64,000 nucleotides of DNA, taken from the NCBI GenBank assembly GCA_950097015.1, contig CATNEN010000025.1, positions 7,254,001-7,318,000 of the forward strand, read 5' to 3'. The DNA is from Macrostomum hystrix. Lineage: Eukaryota > Animalia > Platyhelminthes. Positions 61,201-64,000 of the stretch are shown piece after piece. Each line of letters begins with the position of its first letter. Within the stretch, counting starts at the first letter, position 1. Below the pieces are notes generated by a model. That model worked only from the letters and a program-made list of their open reading frames with translations, had not been told where the DNA came from and ran no database searches. The position numbers and the translations under genes were made by a program.

Positions 61201-61495
61201 CAGTGCGTGGGCTGCAGACGCCGCAGCCGAATTGTTCAGTGGCGGCGGCGGCGGCATCGGCGCATGGACCCGTGGCCTCAGCGAAGCCTAAATAATTGTA
61301 GCTACCAAAGTTCACCGCTTTAGTGGTGCTGCCCGGATAGTGAAAGTTCCAACCGTAGTCCGGACTATCACGGTCCATCACTTCGAATTCGGCGCCAGGG
61401 CAGGTAGTGATTGCCCGATTCCAACAGTCGCGAATCCGGCGATACAGATTGCGAGTGAAGAAGGACTCGAAGTTTTGGTAGAGCGGCACAAAACT
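55205..61495 (-). CDS. SPTLC2: Serine palmitoyltransferase subunit 2 (LCB2), PLP-dependent class II aminotransferase; last four exons 61495-61199, 60695-60384, 58790-58149, 55381-55205; 5' exons not located
   Basis: Segments [85 protein letters not shown] and GTFTKSFG (PLP lysine), [10 protein letters not shown], and terminal [16 protein letters not shown]. All introns are phase 0 GT-AG. Confidence 0.95.
55400..55746 (-). mobile_element. tRNA-derived SINE copy 4 (apparently near full length, ~350 bp)
   Basis: Minus strand reads GGGGGTCAGTGGCAGAGCGG (A-box) ... GCTCGATTCC (B-box-like) ... body ... GTCTAGTGTCACCAAATGATG...AAAATAATA tail. Confidence 0.82.
55853..56722. repeat. 22-bp minisatellite (ATCCTTCAATCCCTACACTGCT/A), ~39 copies
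   Basis: Directly visible; in the last SPTLC2 intron. Confidence 0.97.
57445..57870. mobile_element. Dispersed ~400-bp repeat, copy 2
   Basis: Homologous to 43185-43590, with ~30 extra nt (CTTTGAATATCTGAAGATCTGGCTGAAGAGCTGGT region). Confidence 0.6.
58858..59953. repeat. 16-bp minisatellite (GGATTCTAATCTAACT / ...CTACCT), ~68 copies
   Basis: Directly visible; SPTLC2 intron. Confidence 0.97.
60270..60375 (+). mobile_element. tRNA-derived SINE copy 5 (5' fragment)
   Basis: TAGCAGAGTGG A-box at ~60278 and GTTCGATTCC B-box at 60321, then GCGGCGAAGCCACATT..TTGGG.TGCAGC as in the other copies. Confidence 0.72.
60741..61140. repeat. 30-bp minisatellite (TTTGGAGTAGAATAGTGGTCCTCTAAAGAT), ~13 copies
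   Basis: Directly visible; inside the SPTLC2 intron 61198-60696. Confidence 0.96.
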
Positions 61496-61699
61496 CTGCG
61501 TTGCGATTCGGAAGACAAAAGCCTTAACGACTGGGATATTCAAAAGCTAATAAATACTAGTTGTACAGTTCTGTGTTAGCTTTGTTTTATGCTTCCTACT
61601 GTTTAGGGGTCCTTATGTACTGTAGTGCAACGTCACTACAGTCACTCTTGGACATGTCTTGCATGTCCTCTACAGTCCGTCCTACAACATAATCGATTA

Positions 61700-62980
61700 A
61701 AATACCTCGCAAAGTCACTACAGTCACTCTTATATAATGTGTACATGTCTTGCATGGCATCTGCAGTCACTCTTGTATAAGTGTACATGTCTTGCATGCC
61801 ATCTGCAGTCACTCTTGTATAAGTGTACATGTCTTGCATGCCATCTGCGTCACTCTTGTATAAGTGTACATGTCTTGCATGCCATCTGCAGTCACTCTTG
61901 TATAAGCGCATGTCTTGCATGGCATCTGCAGTCACTCTTGTATAAGCGCATGTCTTGCATGGCATCTGCAGTCACTCTTATATAATGTGTACTTGTCTTG
62001 CATGGCATCTGCAGTCACTCTTGTATAAGTGTACATGTCTTGCATGGCATCTGCAGTCACTCTTGTATAAGTGTACATGTCTTGCATGCCATCTGCAGTC
62101 ACTCTTGTATAAGTGTACATGTCTTGCATGCCATCTGCAGTCACTCTTGTATAAGTGTACATGTCTTGCATGCCATCTGCAGTCACTCTTGTATAAGCGC
62201 ATGTCTTGCATGGCATCTGCAGTCACTCTTGTATAAGCGCATGTCTTGCATGGCATCTGCAGTCACTCTTATATAATGTGTACTTGTCTTGCATGGCATC
62301 TGCAGTCACTCTTGTATAAGCGCATGTCTTGCATGCCATCTGCAGTCACTCTTGTATAAGCGCATGTCTTGCATGGCATCTGCAGTCACTCTTGTATAAG
62401 CGCATGTCTTGCATGCCATCTGCAGTCACTCTTGTATAAGCGCATGTCTTGCATGGCATCTGCAGTCACTCTTGTATAAGTGTACATGTCTTGCATGGCA
62501 TCTGCAGTCACTCTTGTATAAGTGTACATGTCTTGCATGGCATCTGCAGTCACTCTTGTATAAGCGCATGTCTTGCATGGCATCTGCAGTCACTCTTGTA
62601 AAGTGTACATGTCTTGCATGCCATCTGCAGTCACTCTTGTATAAGTGTACATGTCTTGCATGGCATCTGCAGTCACTCTTGTATAAGCGCATGTCTTGCA
62701 TGGCATCTGCAGTCACTCTTGTATAAGCGCATGTCTTGCATGCCATCTGCAGTCACTCTTGTATAAGCGCATGTCTTGCATGGCATCTGCAGTCACTCTT
62801 GTATAAGTGTACATGTCTTGCATGGCATCTGCAGTCACTCTTGTATAAGTGTACATGTCTTGCATGCCATCTGCAGTCACTCTTGTATAAGTGTACATGT
62901 CTTGCATGGCATCTGCAGTCACTCTTGTATAAGCGCATGTCTTGCATGCCATCTGCAGTCACTCTTGTAAAGTGTACATT
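61700..62980. repeat. 40/42-bp minisatellite (GTCACTCTTGTATAAG[TGTA/CG]CATGTCTTGCATG[G/C]CATCTGCA)
   Basis: Directly visible; two length variants are interspersed. Confidence 0.96.
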
Positions 62981-64000
62981 TACTTCTCCATAATTTGTGG
63001 ACTAGCCAGACTTATGTAGTAGCTTAAGAAATACTGATTTCTCTATTAAAAAAATAAATATTACTTTCTGCAATATAAAGAGACAACTGCAGGCAGGACA
63101 GGCTAGACTAGAGCCGACTGTGCTATTTTTAGAAACACCAGACTCAAACAGTCATTCATTGGTTTGAAAACAGCCATTCTTTCAATAGACTCTGAGTGAC
63201 AAGGCATTATGAACTAAGAAAAATCGATAAAAGGATATGCGCATAATTCCACACCAATCAATGCCTTCTTTGTCTTTTGTCTTTCAAAGCTCAATAATCA
63301 TCCGTTAATCTTTAGCAAAGAAACGTCTGTGATTTCATAGAATTTTAAATTTTTCCTAATCCACTTTAGTTTAAAAGTACAATAAGTAAAACGAGTGTTT
63401 AATGAGATCCAAGCATAAGAGATTTGCCTACAAGTTTTTATCTACAAAATTTGCATTAGTAAAAACTAATTTAAACTAATAAATCCTTAGCGAAATGTAC
63501 TTAATGAATACACGTTTGCTAGTTCCCAGCCTCCAGTTAGGCCTTGACTGGTAATACAGGTGTTGCTGCTCACACAACAGCAGAGATCGTTAAAAGTACA
63601 CGATCCTGGCATTTGCTTAACTAGTATCGTGCTGTCGATACTATTTCCTCACTTCGTATCGTCTCAGGCCAAGGCCAGCGGGTATGCCAAACCGCTATTT
63701 TTGCAATTTTTCGCTCGAGCTTTTTTCGGTGCTAATAATTACCGGTGTTGATTTGATTGATCCGGTTCGAATTAAAATTTTATGTCAAATATCAAGAAAT
63801 TTGATAAGGAGCTGGAGCATGCCAGCCCACCCTGACCCATTGGACTGAACTTATAGCCCACCCCCAACGAACTCAAACTTGGCAAAGCTGAGCTGATAAG
63901 AAGCATAATACAGTAGCGTGAGCAGTGTGGCTTCTTCAGAAACGTCTTTTGGATGCGACTGTGGAATTATATAAATTAGTCTGCACTCGCACACAGGTCA

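Noticed and set aside
63850-63958. Possible upstream SPTLC2 exon (minus strand SHPKDVSEEATLLTLLYYASYQL after a CAG acceptor)
   Set aside because: Only faint resemblance to the LCB2 N-terminal membrane segment, and no convincing donor or phase link to exon 61495.

Overview
Eukaryotic (invertebrate) genomic DNA with three spliced protein-coding genes, all on the minus strand. (1) Positions 1-46040 hold a giant secreted gel-forming-mucin/SCO-spondin-like gene. I reconstructed 14 small exons by hand (3523 nt; all GT-AG, splice phases consistent throughout). They encode a signal peptide, three VWD(-C8)-TIL blocks and an LDL-receptor class A module. They splice onto one enormous exon that starts at 34653 and runs off the window edge. 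That exon encodes a second LDLa module, an F5/8-type-C (discoidin)-like domain and several degenerate Cys-bracketed domains. It continues with 19 near-identical 729-bp (243-aa) repeats and at least 29 near-identical 642-bp (214-aa) repeats. The implied protein exceeds about 12,700 aa, apart from two single-C insertions that are probably assembly errors. (2) Positions 48479-50138 hold a TMEM26-family gene. (3) Positions 55205-61495 hold the 3' four exons of serine palmitoyltransferase subunit 2 (SPTLC2/LCB2). Introns and intergenic DNA carry about ten unrelated minisatellites, five copies of a tRNA-derived SINE, a 563-bp foldback element inserted into the B-box of one SINE copy, and a twice-present ~400-bp dispersed repeat. 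The gene architecture and minisatellite-rich introns suggest a free-living flatworm such as Macrostomum, with gene 1 resembling its large adhesive protein ap2. This is inference from memory, not a database result. Nearly all plus-strand ORFs in the supplied track are antisense or repeat artefacts.
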